Positions 61,628-64,000 of a DNA stretch of 64,000 nt are shown in pieces. The stretch is from Halobacteriaceae archaeon (GTDB lineage: Archaea; Halobacteriota; Halobacteria; Halobacteriales; Halobacteriaceae), in NCBI GenBank assembly GCA_042216675.1, contig JBDGTS010000009.1, positions 1-64,000 of the forward strand. Reading direction: 5' to 3'. Under the pieces are notes generated by a model. The model searched no databases. It saw only the letters and a program-made list of their open reading frames with translations, and had not been told where the DNA came from. Positions within the stretch are counted from its first letter, which is position 1, and the number at the start of each line of letters is the position of its first letter. The position numbers and the translations under genes are program-made.

Positions 61628-62587
61628 ATGGAGTACGTCAACCTCGGCAGCACGGGGACAAAGGTTTCTGAACTCTGCTTTGGCACGTGGCGCTTCGGCC
61701 GCGAGGCCGACGGCACCGTCGAGACGACGCGCGAGGAGGCCCACGAACTGCTGGACGCGTTCGCGGACCGCGGCGGCAACTTCATCGACACCGCCAACAC
61801 GTACGGCGACGGGCAGAGCGAGACGTGGATCGGCGAGTGGCTGAACGAGCAGGACCGCGAGGACTACGTCATCGCCTCCAAGGCGTACTGGACGATGGAG
61901 AGCCGGTTCAGCCACAACCTCTCGCGGAAGAACATCCGCGCGGAAATCGAGGGGACGCTGGACCGTCTCGACACGGACTATCTGGACCTCTACTACATCC
62001 ACCGCTGGGACGACGAGACGCCCATCGAGGAGACCCTGCGCACCCTCAACGACCTCGTGCGCGACGGCAAGGTCCACTACCTCGGCGCGTCCTCGATGGC
62101 CGCGTGGCAACTGACGAAGGCGCTCTGGACCAGCGACGTGGAGGGCCTCGAACGCTTCGAGGTCACCCAGCCGAAGTTCAACGCCGCACACCGCGAACCG
62201 GTGCGTGACTACCTCGACGTCTGTGCGGACCAGGACCTCGCCGTCTGCCCGTGGAGTCCCCTCGAAGGCGGCTTCCTCACCGGCAAGTACGAGCGAGACG
62301 GTGAACCGCCCGAGGGCTCGCGTGCGGACCTGTTGGACTACGAGGACCGCTGGTCCGACCGGCAGTGGGAGACGCTCGACGCGGTGCGTGAGGTCGCCGA
62401 CGACGTGGACGCCACGCCCGCACAGGTGTCCCTGCGCTGGATGATGGACCAGACGGACTTCACCTGCATCCCCATCGTCGGCGCCCGCACCGTCGAGCAA
62501 CTCGACGAGAACGTCGGTGCCGTCGAGGTGGACCTCTCGGAGGAGCAGTTCGAGCGCATCACCGAGGCGTACCACGACGCCGAGTAG
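61628..62587 (+). CDS. Aldo/keto reductase
   Basis: LCFGTW, FIDTANTYG, ASK, LDLYYIHRWD, WSPLEGG, PIVGAR. Confidence 0.93.
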   Translation: MEYVNLGSTGTKVSELCFGTWRFGREADGTVETTREEAHELLDAFADRGGNFIDTANTYGDGQSETWIGEWLNEQDREDYVIASKAYWTMESRFSHNLSRKNIRAEIEGTLDRLDTDYLDLYYIHRWDDETPIEETLRTLNDLVRDGKVHYLGASSMAAWQLTKALWTSDVEGLERFEVTQPKFNAAHREPVRDYLDVCADQDLAVCPWSPLEGGFLTGKYERDGEPPEGSRADLLDYEDRWSDRQWETLDAVREVADDVDATPAQVSLRWMMDQTDFTCIPIVGARTVEQLDENVGAVEVDLSEEQFERITEAYHDAE

Positions 62588-62629
62588 GACCACCGAGGTT
62601 TTTTGTCGGCGTTCGGTGTATCGCCGCAC

Positions 62630-63598
62630 ATGCAGATCGGTGTCCTGACAGCGCCGCTCGCGGACGAATCGCTCGACGACGCCCTCGCGTATCTGTCCGA
62701 CCTCGGCGTCGACGCCGTCGAACTCGGCTGTGGCGGCTTCGTCGGCGAAGACCACCTCGACCGCGAGGCGCACCTCGACGACGAGGACGCACAGGCCGAG
62801 TTGCAGGCCCTCCTCGACGACCACGACATGACCGTGAGCGCTCTCGCCACGCACAACAACCCCCTCCACCCCGACGACGAACGCGCCGACCGGGCCGACA
62901 CGGAACTCCGGGAGGCCATCCGCCTCGCGGACCAACTCGACGTGAACACGGTCACCTGCTTCTCGGGGCTCCCCGCCGGCGCGCCCGGCGACTCGGCGCC
63001 GAACTGGATAACGGCGCCGTGGCCCAACGAGCACTCGGAGATGCTCGACTACCAGTGGGAGGAGGTGGGCATCCCCTACTGGAGCGACGTGAACGACCAC
63101 GCCGACGACCACGGCGTGAACGTCGCCATCGAGATGCACCCGAACATGCTCGTCTACGAACCCGAAGGGATGGTCCGCCTGCGCGAGGAGGCGGGCGACC
63201 GCATCGGCGCGAACTTCGACCCCTCGCACCTCTACTGGCAGGGCATCGACGTGACCGAAGCCATCCGCTATCTGGGCGACCACGACGCCATCCACCACGT
63301 CCACGCCAAGGACACGGCGCTGTACGAGTCAAACGCCGACGTGAAGGGGTATCTCGACACCGCGCCGTACACGGACGAGCCGAACCGCTCGTGGCTGTTC
63401 CGGTCTATCGGCTACGGCCACGACGAGGCCCACTGGAAGGACGTGGTGTCCACCCTGCGGATGGTGGGCTACGAGGGCGCTCTCTCCATCGAACACGAGG
63501 ACTCGCTGACGAGCGGTCGCGAAGGACTGGAGAAGGCCGTCGACGTGTTGGACCGCGCCGTCTTCGACACCAAGCCGGGCGAGGCGTACTGGGCCTGA
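62630..63598 (+). CDS. Xylose-isomerase-like TIM-barrel sugar isomerase/epimerase/lyase
   Basis: VELG, NPLHP, AIEMHP, NFDPSH, HVHAKD, SIEHED metal ligands. Confidence 0.88.
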   Translation: MQIGVLTAPLADESLDDALAYLSDLGVDAVELGCGGFVGEDHLDREAHLDDEDAQAELQALLDDHDMTVSALATHNNPLHPDDERADRADTELREAIRLADQLDVNTVTCFSGLPAGAPGDSAPNWITAPWPNEHSEMLDYQWEEVGIPYWSDVNDHADDHGVNVAIEMHPNMLVYEPEGMVRLREEAGDRIGANFDPSHLYWQGIDVTEAIRYLGDHDAIHHVHAKDTALYESNADVKGYLDTAPYTDEPNRSWLFRSIGYGHDEAHWKDVVSTLRMVGYEGALSIEHEDSLTSGREGLEKAVDVLDRAVFDTKPGEAYWA

Positions 63599-63642
63599 GC
63601 GCCACCAACCTATTTTATCACCGGGGAGAGAAGTCCGGGCGC

Positions 63643-64000
63643 ATGTCAGCAGACGACCGACAGACGGGGCCGTCCGGTGGGGACCCGTCGTACTTGGACG
63701 AGAGCGAGAGCATCGGCGACAGACTACAGGACCCGACGACGAAGTCCTACGTCACGTTCAGCGTGGCCGTCTTCCTCGCGGTGGGGCTGGGATACGGCCT
63801 CACGCTGTTGCTCGTCTCGGAACTCGCCGGGTCCGGGATGGCCGGCGACATCGCGGGTGCGGGCGCCCTCGCAATCGGCATCATCCTCGCGCCCCTCATC
63901 GCCGCCGTCACCGGACTCACGACCGGCTTTCGGATGGCCGACGACGACGCGACGCTCGCAGGCGGTGTCGGCGCCGCCGTCGGCGTCGTCGTGATGGTCG
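63643..64000 (+). CDS. Membrane protein, 3' truncated by the window edge
   Basis: MSADDRQTG...SYVTFSVAVFLAVGLGYG...APLIAAVTG. Open to the window end; TTTTAT box at about 63613. Confidence 0.65.
   Translation, partial: MSADDRQTGPSGGDPSYLDESESIGDRLQDPTTKSYVTFSVAVFLAVGLGYGLTLLLVSELAGSGMAGDIAGAGALAIGIILAPLIAAVTGLTTGFRMADDDATLAGGVGAAVGVVVMV

Overview
High-GC (roughly 68-70% by eye) chromosomal window from an extremely halophilic archaeon (class Halobacteria). The evidence is acidic proteins, mostly leaderless genes with BRE/TATA boxes about 25-35 nt upstream, TFB, proteasome beta subunit, topoisomerase VI, halocyanin and an F420-type enzyme. The first 15.4 kb is a core block: purM, HTH-CBS, DUF555-like, psmB, a GCS2-fold ligase, ATP-dependent DNA ligase, top6AB divergent from gyrBA. 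It is followed by an accessory sugar-acid block (oligogalacturonate-lyase-like propeller, YesU-like protein, galactonate dehydratase, F420-dependent dehydrogenase, 7TM histidine kinase, formylglycine-generating enzyme). The rest is mixed: membrane-anchored wHTH regulator with a secreted protein, MFS transporters, frameshifted KaiC-like protein, panE, bacterial-type ppc, tfb, Csp, an ABC exporter with a PrsW-fused permease, K+ channel, thiDN, sulfatase, copper regulator and chaperone, a deleted APC-permease pseudogene, UDG-like protein, methyltransferase and sugar-catabolic enzymes. I saw no rRNA, tRNA, CRISPR array, transposase or integrase. The best leads are: (1) a three-hairpin candidate ncRNA at 59706-59777 behind a TrmB-like palindrome; (2) a membrane-anchored wHTH sensor with 11-bp-phased CCGG repeats upstream of a secreted protein; (3) an orphan glutamate-cysteine-ligase-fold enzyme abutting psmB; (4) the uronate/galactonate/F420 island; (5) an ABC permease carrying all four PrsW protease motifs; (6) a cruciform/Z-DNA-prone element between top6B and gyrB. 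All family calls come from motif recognition by eye, not database searches. Starts were re-picked manually from the ORF track.
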